Assembly (NCBI GenBank): GCA_016868895.1
Contig: VGFK01000001.1
Span: 23,006-87,005 of the forward strand
Direction of reading: 5' to 3'
DNA: 64,000 bases
Source of the DNA: Bacteroidota bacterium
GTDB taxonomy: Bacteria; Bacteroidota; Bacteroidia; Chitinophagales; Chitinophagaceae
Shown: positions 26,161 through 36,429 of the stretch, in pieces
Layout of the letters: every line of letters begins with the position of its first letter
Position numbering within the stretch: the first letter of the stretch is position 1
Notes under the pieces: generated by a model
What the model was told of the DNA's origin: nothing
Seen by the model: only the letters and a program-made list of their open reading frames with translations
Databases searched by the model: none
Translations under genes and position numbers: made by a program

Positions 26161-27330
26161 ATGCTTCAGCGTTGCTTAAAAATAGTGCGCGCAATCGGTA
26201 TTCTTCTGCTGTTTGCCATGTTAATAAGTGGATGTAAAAAAAACGCAGGTGAAGATCCCCCTGTTCGACCTCCCGGTCCGGTGGAACCGGTATGGGATCC
26301 GAATGCCATGCGCGGAGTGTGGATCACTACCACAGCGAGTACGGCGCTGGACAATCTGGATAACATTCAGGCAACGGTAACGGCCTGCAAAAAAGCAGGG
26401 ATCAACCATTTATTTGTAGTCGTTTACAACAACGCCCGCACGATTTATCCCAGCGAAGTCATGAACCGGTTGATTGGTGTTCGTCAGTTGGAAAAATTTT
26501 CTGGTCGCGATCCCCTCAAAGAAATCATCACTGCCGGAAAGGCTGCAGGATTGAAAGTCCATGCCTGGTTCGAATATGGTTTTTCATCATCCTACAGTGC
26601 ACAAGGTGGGTCGATCATTCGCGCAAAGCCCAATTGGGCGGCCCTGGATCAGAACAGAAGTTTGGTGGTGAAAAACGGGTTCGATTGGCTCAATGCGTTC
26701 GACCCCGAAGTGCAGCAGTTCATGATTGATCTGTTCAAAGAAGTTGCAACCAATTATGATGTAGATGGCGTGCAGGGCGATGACCGTCTCCCTGCTGTCC
26801 CTTCTTCTGCAGGTTACGATGATTATACCGTTGCAGAGTATAAAAAAGAGCACAGCAATGCATTTCCAACAACCAACATCAAAGATCCGGCTTGGCTAAA
26901 GTGGCGAGCTAATCGTTTGAATGGATACATGAAACGATTGTATACAGAAATGAAATCCATTCGATCAACGTTGCAAGTCACCATGTCACCTTCTCCCTAT
27001 CCGTTTTCGTTGGAGGAATACTTGCAGGATTGGCCAACGTGGGTGGACAGCGGATGGGTAGATGCCGTTATACCACAATGTTACCGATATGAAATTGGCC
27101 CCTATTCCACCACCCTTCAACAGCAAAAATCATATTACCGCAGCTCGACGATTCCCTTGTATCCGGGAGTGCTGGTAAAATCAGGAACCTATGTAGCCAG
27201 TGCAGGGTTTTTAACGCAAATGATTCAGGCAAATCGCAATGCAGGATTTAGAGGTGAGGTGTTCTTTTTTTACGAGGGACTCAAAGATGCATTGCCGTGG
27301 TTTGAAGGACAATATCCATTCATTAAATAA
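26161..27330 (+). CDS. GHL10/DUF187-type glycoside hydrolase, lipoprotein
   Basis: Lipobox ISGC, MRGVWIT, VHAWFEYG, DGVQGDDR, PQCYRY. Confidence 0.85.
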   Translation: MLQRCLKIVRAIGILLLFAMLISGCKKNAGEDPPVRPPGPVEPVWDPNAMRGVWITTTASTALDNLDNIQATVTACKKAGINHLFVVVYNNARTIYPSEVMNRLIGVRQLEKFSGRDPLKEIITAGKAAGLKVHAWFEYGFSSSYSAQGGSIIRAKPNWAALDQNRSLVVKNGFDWLNAFDPEVQQFMIDLFKEVATNYDVDGVQGDDRLPAVPSSAGYDDYTVAEYKKEHSNAFPTTNIKDPAWLKWRANRLNGYMKRLYTEMKSIRSTLQVTMSPSPYPFSLEEYLQDWPTWVDSGWVDAVIPQCYRYEIGPYSTTLQQQKSYYRSSTIPLYPGVLVKSGTYVASAGFLTQMIQANRNAGFRGEVFFFYEGLKDALPWFEGQYPFIK

Positions 27331-27337
27331 TCCAGTC

Positions 27338-29500
27338 ATGAAAAAAATTGGGACGGGTCTTCTGCTGATGTGGGTGGTGGCCTGCCAACAACCAGCTGTT
27401 GATCCATTGAAACAGGTAGATCTATTTTTAGGAACAGGTGGACACGGTCACGTGCATCCTGCAGCCACAGTGCCTTTTGGAATGGTGCAGGTGGGTCCCG
27501 ATAATGGAGTAGATGGATGGGATTGGTGCAGTGGATATCATTACAGCAGCACAACCATCGCCGGTTTCAGTCATACGCATCTCAGCGGAACAGGCATTGG
27601 AGATGGGTATGATATTTCGGTATTGCCATTGACCAATACCGATAGCATGCAAGAGGAGCGGATTCACCTTCCATTTTCACACGAGAATGAAACTGCCTTT
27701 CCGGGATACTACCGAGTGCAATTGGACAATGGAGTGAATTGTGAAATGACTGCAACAGACCGATCGGCCTTACACCGGTATCAGTTTCCAACCGATACCG
27801 GCTGGTTGCGTTGGGATCCGAGCTATCATCAGAACTGGGATGCAGTCGATTCAGCAGAGGTTTGGGCAGTGAACGATACCACCATTGCTGGATACAAGCA
27901 TTCAACCGGTTGGGCAAAGAATCAGCGCGTCTACTTTCAAGCAGTTTTCAATCAACCCATCAAACAAGTTGCATTCATTGGCGACAGCACGTGGGAAGTG
28001 GGCAATGAATTGAACGGAACAGGTAAAAAAGGAAGAAGCCTGAAACTCTTGCTGCAATTCGCATCAGCAACATTGCTTGAAGTGCGTGTAGGAATCAGCA
28101 ATGTGTCGTATGCGTCTGCTCAATTATCAAACACAGAAAATGCCGGTCGCAATTTTGAATCGGTTCAAACAGCAGCAGCGAGCAAATGGACAACTGCGCT
28201 ATCCTTCATCCGAATCAAAACAAAGGATGAGCAGATGATGAAACGATTTTATACTGCCGCCTATCGCACCTGTATGGCACCCTCCTTGTATTCGGACGGT
28301 GAAGGAAGGTATCGAAATGCGGATGGACGTCTGCTGCAAATGAAAAAAAATACTTCCAAGTACACGATTTTTTCAACCTGGGATACATTTCGAGCACTGC
28401 ACCCATTGTTTACCTTAACCCAACCCGATCGCGTTGCCGAATGGATGAACAGTTTACTGCAATTTTATCGCGATAATGGTCGATTGCCCGTGTGGGACAT
28501 CAGCAGTTGGGATGCCAACACCATGACAGGATTTCATTCTGTTCCCATTTTGGCCGATGCCATCTTAAAGAACATCAAGGGATTTGATCATGCAGAAGCT
28601 TATGCGGCCTTGAAAGCTTCAGCAGAACAACCCATACGGGGAACGCCCTACTTTAATCAGTTTGGGTACTTGCCACATGATTTACATGGGTGGAGTGTAA
28701 CCTATACCCTGGAATATGCATTCGATAATTGGTGCATTGCACAGGTGGCACGCAAATTGGGATTTACAGAAGAAGCAGTGCGTTATGAACAACGGGCAGA
28801 AAATTACAAAAACCTGTTCGATCCTGCTACTGGGTTCATGCGTGGAAAATTGAGTAATGGAAAATGGGTAGAGCCATTCGATCCCTATGTTTCAGAGCAT
28901 GGGTTTGAGGGACAATACATTGAAGGAACCGCTTGGCAGCACAGCTTTTTTGTCCCCCACAACATAAACGGATTAGCCGCATTATATGGCGGAAAGGAAC
29001 GATTGATTTCAAAATTGGATACGCTTTTCACAACAGCATCTGTTTTAAAAGGTGATAATGTTTCCATTGATGTAACAGGATTGATTGGCCAGTATGCACA
29101 CGGCAATGAACCCTCGCACCACATTGCGTATATGTATACTGCGTTGGGTAGGCCAGATAAAGCGGCAAAATGGATTCGTGTCATTGCCGACAGCATGTAC
29201 AAAACCGGTCCCGATGGATTATCCGGCAACGACGATTGCGGTCAGATGAGCGCGTGGTTTTTGTTCAGCACCATGGGTATGTATCCGATGAATCCGGCAT
29301 CTGGAGAATACGTAGTTGGATATCCTTTATTGGAAGAGGCCACGATTCAAGTATCCGGGGGGAAATCAGTTACCATTCAGCGCAAGGGAAATGGCAAGAG
29401 CGTAATCAAGATCATCATCAACGGGAAACAACAGGACAAGTGGGTGATTCAGCACCAGCAGTTGATGCAAGGAGGAACCATTGAATTGCATACAGAGTAA
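27338..29500 (+). CDS. GH92 alpha-mannosidase family, lipoprotein
   Basis: PFGMVQVGPD, GFSHTHLSGTG, STWDTFRALHP, YAHGNEPSHH, GNDDCGQMSAW; start trimmed to MKKIGTG. Confidence 0.95.
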   Translation: MKKIGTGLLLMWVVACQQPAVDPLKQVDLFLGTGGHGHVHPAATVPFGMVQVGPDNGVDGWDWCSGYHYSSTTIAGFSHTHLSGTGIGDGYDISVLPLTNTDSMQEERIHLPFSHENETAFPGYYRVQLDNGVNCEMTATDRSALHRYQFPTDTGWLRWDPSYHQNWDAVDSAEVWAVNDTTIAGYKHSTGWAKNQRVYFQAVFNQPIKQVAFIGDSTWEVGNELNGTGKKGRSLKLLLQFASATLLEVRVGISNVSYASAQLSNTENAGRNFESVQTAAASKWTTALSFIRIKTKDEQMMKRFYTAAYRTCMAPSLYSDGEGRYRNADGRLLQMKKNTSKYTIFSTWDTFRALHPLFTLTQPDRVAEWMNSLLQFYRDNGRLPVWDISSWDANTMTGFHSVPILADAILKNIKGFDHAEAYAALKASAEQPIRGTPYFNQFGYLPHDLHGWSVTYTLEYAFDNWCIAQVARKLGFTEEAVRYEQRAENYKNLFDPATGFMRGKLSNGKWVEPFDPYVSEHGFEGQYIEGTAWQHSFFVPHNINGLAALYGGKERLISKLDTLFTTASVLKGDNVSIDVTGLIGQYAHGNEPSHHIAYMYTALGRPDKAAKWIRVIADSMYKTGPDGLSGNDDCGQMSAWFLFSTMGMYPMNPASGEYVVGYPLLEEATIQVSGGKSVTIQRKGNGKSVIKIIINGKQQDKWVIQHQQLMQGGTIELHTE

Positions 29501-29516
29501 GTCCTCATTGAATGGA

Positions 29517-29550
29517 TAAAAATACGGGCCGCGCTTCGCGCGGCCCGTAT
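29517..29550. terminator. Perfect 13-bp hairpin between convergent GH92 and SusD
   Basis: ATACGGGCCGCGC-TTC-GCGCGGCCCGTAT; U-tract follows on the minus strand. Confidence 0.85.
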
Positions 29551-29574
29551 GGCTTTGTATCCTTAGAAGCTATT

Positions 29575-31356
29575 TTACCATCCCGGATTCTGCGTGATGC
29601 CTTTGTTGGCATCGATCTCGAATTGAGGTATAGGCCAACGCTTGTATTTTGAGTTGGCGTTATTTCTAATCTGATTGCGGAAACGGATCCGTTGATTGAT
29701 GCTGGAAGTATAGTTGGGTACTTCGTTTGCATCAAAAGTAGGACGAGCGGGAGCCACGAGAGGATTTGTGGCGTAGCCAACAATGGGGCCACTATTCGCA
29801 CTCTCATAGATGTCCCAGCGACGCAGATCAAACAGACGCTGTCCTTCACCTGCAAACTCTACAACACGCTCGCGACGAATGATCTGGCGGAGTTCAGCCT
29901 GGCCGGTGGCAGTGACTGCAGGTTGACCAACACGGGTACGCACCTGATTGACGGCCGCGAGAACCGTTGCATCAATTTCATTCAACTCGGTCTTTGCTTC
30001 CGCATACATCAACAGTATATCTGCATAACGCATCAAGATATATCCCGTTTTAGTTTCCCAGATGTATTGGGTAGAGTCAATGTATTTTCTCCAAACATAC
30101 CCCACACCGCCAATATTACCGGTTGCACTTACCTGCCATTGAATACCAGCTGCCTGAGCACCGATCCAGTCGTTGTTACCGGTTACGTTATCAAATGCAT
30201 TGGTATTCCAATTGAACCTTCTGCGAATATTGCTATGAATATTGAAGATGGTTTTTTCTTTGGGTTGCACATATGGGAGCGATGGCGTCTTGAGGGTGTT
30301 GTATACCATGGTATCACCAGGCATATAAATGGTCCAACGCAGACGGCTATCGCGGTTCGCGCGAGGGTTCAGCGGATCGTAAACAGTTGACTGATCGATG
30401 CGCTTTCCATCATTTCCTTCATAACGATCAACGAGCGCTTGGGTAGGAAAGTGGCTGCTCTGTGAGTTGGTTACCTGACGGGGAACACCGAGAATCGGGC
30501 CCCAGTTTTGCGGATCCAACAAATCGGTTGGATACGCCTGATTGAACATGATCTCTCTGTTCGCATTTGCGTTTTGTCCTGCTAAGAGAAACAGATTGGG
30601 ATAGCTGGGGTTGAGACCATACTGTCCAAGATCCATTACAGCTTTTGTAGCTGTGGCAGCTGTACGATAATCTTTGATGAGCAGGGCAAGTTTGGCTTTG
30701 AGTCCCAATGCCACCCCCCTGTTTACGCGGCCTTGCGCGATAACGGGCTGTGAGTTGGCTGCAGCAAATGCAGCAGATGCTTCATCCAGATCTTTGTAGA
30801 GCTCTGCAACTATGGTTGCAACGGGTGTGCGGGTAGCCGACAGTACTTCTGTAACGGAAGGAGTTTTGTTGTACCAAGGCACATCACCGAACATGTACAT
30901 CAAATGAAAATAGGCCCATGCGCGAAGCACCAGCGCTTCAGCGCGAATCCGTCCATAGGTTGTTGCAGGTACAAAAGTCTTACCCGTTTCCATTCCACCT
31001 AGGTGTTGGTTGGAACGCTGGATCAACCGGAAGGCCTGACTCCAGCAGGTGTTGACCAGTGTGTTATTGATCAGGAAGGGTCCACCATCCCCCATCGCCA
31101 CAGCATCTTCGGCATTGCCGCCGCGTTTGATGGCCAGATCGGTTGAGGCTTCTACTGCAAATAAAAGGGGCGTGTTGTTGGGAAAAGCCCAGAAGGCCGC
31201 ACCGTACACACCGTTGAGGCTAAGTTGCATTTCTTCCTGATTGGCAAGAAAGTTGGTGGATGAAGAAGCATCCAATGGCTTCCTATCCAAAAACTTACTG
31301 CACCCTGCGGCACCCAGCAGGAGTGTGAGGAAGGAGAAGTATATTAACTTTTTCAT
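29575..31356 (-). CDS. RagB/SusD outer-membrane lipoprotein
   Basis: Lipobox AGC, LRAWAYFHL, MRYADILLMYAEA, RRERVVEFAGEG.RLFDLRRW, QNPGW. Confidence 0.95.
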   Translation of the reverse strand: MKKLIYFSFLTLLLGAAGCSKFLDRKPLDASSSTNFLANQEEMQLSLNGVYGAAFWAFPNNTPLLFAVEASTDLAIKRGGNAEDAVAMGDGGPFLINNTLVNTCWSQAFRLIQRSNQHLGGMETGKTFVPATTYGRIRAEALVLRAWAYFHLMYMFGDVPWYNKTPSVTEVLSATRTPVATIVAELYKDLDEASAAFAAANSQPVIAQGRVNRGVALGLKAKLALLIKDYRTAATATKAVMDLGQYGLNPSYPNLFLLAGQNANANREIMFNQAYPTDLLDPQNWGPILGVPRQVTNSQSSHFPTQALVDRYEGNDGKRIDQSTVYDPLNPRANRDSRLRWTIYMPGDTMVYNTLKTPSLPYVQPKEKTIFNIHSNIRRRFNWNTNAFDNVTGNNDWIGAQAAGIQWQVSATGNIGGVGYVWRKYIDSTQYIWETKTGYILMRYADILLMYAEAKTELNEIDATVLAAVNQVRTRVGQPAVTATGQAELRQIIRRERVVEFAGEGQRLFDLRRWDIYESANSGPIVGYATNPLVAPARPTFDANEVPNYTSSINQRIRFRNQIRNNANSKYKRWPIPQFEIDANKGITQNPGW

Positions 31357-31374
31357 ATCTCGAGTTTTTCTTGT

Positions 31375-34300
31375 TTAGAAATTAACGTTCAACCCTGCTG
31401 TATAGGTCCGCATCACCGGATAGAATTCCGCATTGGCGTTATTGATCTCCGGATCAAATCCATTCCATGCCTTGGTTGATGTGAAGAGATTTTGTCCACT
31501 GACAAACACCCTTACTGAGCTGATTTTGGCTTTCTTCAACACGGATGTTGGAATGGTATATCCCAGGTTCACGTTTTTGAGACGGAAATAGGCTGCACTT
31601 CTGATCCACCAATCGGAAACCAGAAAATTGTTTCCACCAAAACCAGAAGGAAGCAATCGTGGGAAAAGTGCAGCTGTATTATCAGGTCTCCAGGAGTCCT
31701 TTTGAATATCCAACAAGGAGGCAATGAAATCAGAGCTGGCAAAAGGAACTGCACCCGTACCGCTGAGGTAATTGTTGCGCTTTCCAACGCCCTGACCAAA
31801 AATGTTCAAATCAAAATTGCCGTACGAAAGATTCAGGTTAATGCTGTACTCATAACGAGGGAATGCGTTACCCAAGAACGTACGGTCATTGGCATCGATC
31901 TTTCCATCGGGCTTGCCATCGGGACCGCTGAGATCTGCGTATTTCATATCACCGGGCTTAGGTCCTGTTGTGGGGACTGAGCTCCAAGGAATTCCAAACT
32001 GAACAGCAGAGTTTTTGATATCGTTGCTGTCGGCAAAAAATCCAAGTGATTGATATCCATAGAATGAACCCAACGCATATCCAACTGCACTGCGGGTAGA
32101 ACCTCCATCAAGGAAAGGAAGTCCCTCAATCAACCCATTCACGGTATTGCGCACATCAGAAAGCATGGCTGTAACATCCACATTGAGTTTCTTGAACGAT
32201 TTCTTGTAGTTCACTGAAACCTCCCAGCCTTTGTTTTCCATATTGCCAGCATTCACAAAAGGATTAGAGAGTCCACCAGCCGATGCAGGAAGAACACGCG
32301 GAAGAATCATGTCCTTCAGCGTCTTCACATAGTAATCAGCAGTGAACGTCAGTCCATTTTTCAAACTCAAATCCAATCCTACATTGAACTGTTTTGAAGT
32401 CTCCCAACCAATCAATGGATTAGGGAACTGCAAAATAGCAACACCGACGGTTGTTGCATTATTAAAGTATGCATTGGTTCCGTTGGTGGGATTGGAATAG
32501 TTGGATTGACCATAGAATGCATCAAACGCATAGAAGGAACTGAAGTTCTGGTTACCGTTCCCACCGATCGATGCTCTTAATTTACCAAATGTGAATACAT
32601 CAGAGAGACCACTCAGGAATTCTTCTTTGGTGAAGATCCATCCGGCGGATGCAGAACCAAAATTACCCCACTGCTTATCATTCGCTTGAGAAAAACGTGA
32701 AGAACCATCTCTTCTACCGTTCAACTCCAACAAGTACTTGTCTTTGAACGCATAGTTCACGCGACCAAAGAAACCCGCCAATGCCAATTCAGAAACACCT
32801 GCATTGTTATCGCGTGCGCCAGTACCCAAATTCAAATAAGGTTGATTGGGATTGATGAAGCCTTGGCGACTCGCACCGAAGAAATAGTTGCTGTACAATT
32901 CACTTTGTCCACCTGCCATAAATTTCAACGAATGATCTTCACCGAGTTTTACATTATAGGTAGCCTGTGCAGTATAGTTTTGGTAGGTGTCGTTTCTCCA
33001 GGCTTCTGACAACGAAGTGTTACCGGGCCATACTGCGATGCGGTCGTATCCTTGCGTTGTCAAATTGGGTTGGAAGATATCCGCATTCTTCACAAATGTC
33101 TTGGTATACGGATTACGCTTTTCACGCCCCCAATACGCCTCGATTTCCAATCCCTGAATTGGGCGGAGACTGAATCCGAATCGCGTCAACAACGTGTTGC
33201 CTTGTGTAACGGAATTACCGGTGGCTTCAGCCATGGCAATCGGATTGCGGTTGTTGGTCTGTGCAGCAGTACCGTACTGACCGGGACCGTATTTTCCACC
33301 CCCTAAGGCAGGGAGACCAATTGCCTGGCGAATGATAAACTCGGGACTTCCTGTTGAAGGATTGATGGTCTTATTGGAATTATAAGCCAGCACCCCGTTG
33401 AAGGTCAACCACTTGTTCAATTTGAATTCAGGATTGAAGCGGATATCAAATTTCTCAAAGCTGTTGTTGGGTATGAGCCCTTGCTGGTTCATGTAGCTAA
33501 ACGAAGTGAATACATTTACTTTTTCACCACCGGACGCCAATTGAACGTTGTGGTTTTGCAGCAACCCGCTATTGGTCAATACTTCCTTCAGCCAATCGGT
33601 ATTGATGACGTCCAGGTTGTTGCCTGCAGGATTGAAAACGTACTTGTCAATCAAGGTCTGGGGATACACAACTGCACTGGGATTGCCCGTACGGTTTTTT
33701 TCAGCTTCATTGCTGTACACCATGTGATCCACTGCATTTACGCGCTTGGGCAATGCAGTGAAGGATTGTTGGGTAAAGAAATTATTGTAGCTGACTTTCA
33801 TTCCCTGCTGGGTAGCCCGCTTCGTTTTCACTACAATGACCCCACTGGAAGCACGGTTACCATAAATCGCAGTCGATGCCGCATCTTTCAAGATCGTCAC
33901 ATTCTCAATGGCATTGGGATCAATTTGGTTTAAGGCGTCCAAACCTGAGCCGGTTGGCATGAGCAATCCATCGATCACTACGAGTGGGGTACTGTTGCCT
34001 TGAATGGAACTCTCACCGCGAATGCGGATGAAAGCACCATCAGCTCCGGGTCGGCCCGATTGTTGTTGCACCGTTACGCCAGGCGCCAATCCTTGCAGTA
34101 CCTGGCTGGCACTGGATACTTGACGTTTGGTGATCGTTGCATTGTTCAATGAAACAACCGATCCAGTTAAATTGGTACGGCGCTGCGTACCATATCCCAC
34201 TACGACCACCTCACTGAGGTTGGAGGCAGTAGATTGAAGCGCGATTTCCATGGATGCACCAGCGGCCTGCACTTCTTTGGTGCCAAAACCAATGGCGGTC

Positions 34301-34512
34301 ACCACAAGCGTCTGACCAGCAGATGCTTCAATGACGAAGTTTCCATCCACATTGGTGCGGGTGGCCTTGGTAGTACCCTTGACCAGCACCGTTGCTCCTT
34401 CAACAGGAGTGGAGTTTTCTGCGTTGATGACTCTTCCACCGACCTTGGTTTGGGCATATGCCAAGTGAAGGGTCGCAGCAAAGAGCATCAACAGAAGCGT
34501 TAGTTTTTTCAT
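31375..34512 (-). CDS. SusC/RagA TonB-dependent transporter
   Basis: EVVVVGYGTQ, LKDAASTAIYG.RASSGV, GRRDGSSRF, C-terminal NVNF. Confidence 0.97.
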   Translation of the reverse strand: MKKLTLLLMLFAATLHLAYAQTKVGGRVINAENSTPVEGATVLVKGTTKATRTNVDGNFVIEASAGQTLVVTAIGFGTKEVQAAGASMEIALQSTASNLSEVVVVGYGTQRRTNLTGSVVSLNNATITKRQVSSASQVLQGLAPGVTVQQQSGRPGADGAFIRIRGESSIQGNSTPLVVIDGLLMPTGSGLDALNQIDPNAIENVTILKDAASTAIYGNRASSGVIVVKTKRATQQGMKVSYNNFFTQQSFTALPKRVNAVDHMVYSNEAEKNRTGNPSAVVYPQTLIDKYVFNPAGNNLDVINTDWLKEVLTNSGLLQNHNVQLASGGEKVNVFTSFSYMNQQGLIPNNSFEKFDIRFNPEFKLNKWLTFNGVLAYNSNKTINPSTGSPEFIIRQAIGLPALGGGKYGPGQYGTAAQTNNRNPIAMAEATGNSVTQGNTLLTRFGFSLRPIQGLEIEAYWGREKRNPYTKTFVKNADIFQPNLTTQGYDRIAVWPGNTSLSEAWRNDTYQNYTAQATYNVKLGEDHSLKFMAGGQSELYSNYFFGASRQGFINPNQPYLNLGTGARDNNAGVSELALAGFFGRVNYAFKDKYLLELNGRRDGSSRFSQANDKQWGNFGSASAGWIFTKEEFLSGLSDVFTFGKLRASIGGNGNQNFSSFYAFDAFYGQSNYSNPTNGTNAYFNNATTVGVAILQFPNPLIGWETSKQFNVGLDLSLKNGLTFTADYYVKTLKDMILPRVLPASAGGLSNPFVNAGNMENKGWEVSVNYKKSFKKLNVDVTAMLSDVRNTVNGLIEGLPFLDGGSTRSAVGYALGSFYGYQSLGFFADSNDIKNSAVQFGIPWSSVPTTGPKPGDMKYADLSGPDGKPDGKIDANDRTFLGNAFPRYEYSINLNLSYGNFDLNIFGQGVGKRNNYLSGTGAVPFASSDFIASLLDIQKDSWRPDNTAALFPRLLPSGFGGNNFLVSDWWIRSAAYFRLKNVNLGYTIPTSVLKKAKISSVRVFVSGQNLFTSTKAWNGFDPEINNANAEFYPVMRTYTAGLNVNF

Positions 34513-34536
34513 GTGACTGTTTGTGTTGATTAATTG

Positions 34537-36417
34537 CTATAATGATTGAATTTCTCCTTGGTGATCAATGGAAACGCGCATGAATGGATCGATCAACCGA
34601 TCGATCAATACAGCAAATTGTCCCCTTGTTATAAACTTCGTCGGCTCCATACCCATGATTCCAGCTGCTTCAGATGCCGACCATACGACAGAATCTTCTT
34701 CCTTTAATTGCAGTCCGTATCGTAGACTTGCAGTTTGTACTACTAGTTGCTTGGCTTCCGCAATCGACAACCACAATCCCTTTGCATTGAAGTCGCTCAG
34801 CCACTCCTTTCCATTGCTTCGCAGGGTATCTACATTTACGTGCTGATCAGGATAGAACCAGGTTTGATTGGCCCATTTATACGGTATTCCTTTACCTCTG
34901 AGCAATCCGGTAGCTCCAACTCGATGGATACTTGAGAACTGTGGATGCGTAGGTGCAACATCTATATAAGGAAGGATCATGGCCTTTTGCTCAAGGAGTA
35001 AAGTTTGTACTGCTCTTATTGGGACTGCTCGAGGAGCAACTCCTTTTTTAACAGCTAAAGCTGCCAACGCACCAGCAGCCTGACCAATCAGCATCACACA
35101 GGGTTGCAATCGGGTTGCACCATTGATGATGTTACTGACACTGATATTTTTTTCAGCAGAAATGACTCCATCCATTGTTGCAGGAATGAGTGCGCCCAAT
35201 GGAATAGTGAAAGAGGGAACCGGATAAAAATCCAATTGCTGGGGAGCTAGTGGATTTTTTTTATGGTGATGATCCACCGGATAATCGCCTACTGCAATTC
35301 CAGTGCGGTAAAGATCTGTTGCCTGCTCAAAGGGTTGAGCAAGATGCAACATATTGAATCGTACGACTCCTTTTATTCTGCGGGACTCACGGTGGTATGG
35401 AATCAATGCAAGTTTGTCACTTGTTGGAAATTCATCATCTGCCAATCCTAAATGACGGTAACCCAATTGGTGTTGAATGAAATAAACGAATCGAAGCGTT
35501 TGTTCTTTAGCCAAAGCATATCCGCTGTCTTGTGCAGCACGATCTAGACCAATGGGATTAAAATAAAAATCATTCCCATAGTTGGGCCAGTTCAACATGA
35601 ATTTTCCATTGGGGAGTCGACCGTAATTGAGCAGGGTTTGCGCATTTACTGTCGGTTTCTTGCGCGAGGAATCAGTATGATAATCGCTACAAGCTCCGTC
35701 GAATTCTGCCGGTGAATAGTTTCGCGGTTTTACGATCGTGCAGTCCGCATCTTTTCCATAATCCTTGAGAATTGCAACGTAGGTGAGGTCCTGAATGATT
35801 CCGGCTCCGTTTCCTACTTCAATCTGTTCAGTTCGTGCCACCTCAGGTTCCAATCCCACGTCAAACACAACACCTGCGGCAGCAATGGCATCCCCTAATT
35901 CCGTTGCATCAATCACAACATTTGCACGTACTTCGAGTTTATCTCCAGTAACGCTATGGATAAACTGTGCACCCTGAACCTTGTTGCTATCCTTCATCAC
36001 ATTGGACAATGTCCATCCGAATTCGGTAACCAATGCCGCCTCTTTAGCAACCATGGTCTTAAAAATACGGTCTGCCACATGCGGCTCAAATAAGGTATTG
36101 CTCACCCATCCAGTTTCAACTTTGGTTGGCCCTCCATAATGGGTATAGATCATTTCCCTGAACTCATTCCAAATTCCTGATGGAATAGTGTGGTTACCAT
36201 CAAATGCAGAAACTCCTGCAGCACTGATCATTCCTCCCAACCAGGACGTTTCTTCCACAAGCAGCGTCTTAACACCTGATCGCGCACTTTGAAGAGCGGC
36301 AGTAACGCCCGATGCTCCTCCACCGATAACCAATACATCCGTCTGTACCTGCTTGATTTCTGAACAGGAGTTCAGCAGCAGTGCAACAACAATGATGATG
36401 TGGTTAAGACTTTTCAT
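34537..36417 (-). CDS. FAD-dependent oxidoreductase (FAD_oxidored-like), predicted lipoprotein
   Basis: Lipobox LNSC, VIGGGASG, DATELGD, YHRESRRI, GDYPVDHH, TRLQPCVMLIGQAAG. Confidence 0.85.
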   Translation of the reverse strand: MKSLNHIIIVVALLLNSCSEIKQVQTDVLVIGGGASGVTAALQSARSGVKTLLVEETSWLGGMISAAGVSAFDGNHTIPSGIWNEFREMIYTHYGGPTKVETGWVSNTLFEPHVADRIFKTMVAKEAALVTEFGWTLSNVMKDSNKVQGAQFIHSVTGDKLEVRANVVIDATELGDAIAAAGVVFDVGLEPEVARTEQIEVGNGAGIIQDLTYVAILKDYGKDADCTIVKPRNYSPAEFDGACSDYHTDSSRKKPTVNAQTLLNYGRLPNGKFMLNWPNYGNDFYFNPIGLDRAAQDSGYALAKEQTLRFVYFIQHQLGYRHLGLADDEFPTSDKLALIPYHRESRRIKGVVRFNMLHLAQPFEQATDLYRTGIAVGDYPVDHHHKKNPLAPQQLDFYPVPSFTIPLGALIPATMDGVISAEKNISVSNIINGATRLQPCVMLIGQAAGALAALAVKKGVAPRAVPIRAVQTLLLEQKAMILPYIDVAPTHPQFSSIHRVGATGLLRGKGIPYKWANQTWFYPDQHVNVDTLRSNGKEWLSDFNAKGLWLSIAEAKQLVVQTASLRYGLQLKEEDSVVWSASEAAGIMGMEPTKFITRGQFAVLIDRLIDPFMRVSIDHQGEIQSL

Positions 36418-36429
36418 TCTATGGATTCC

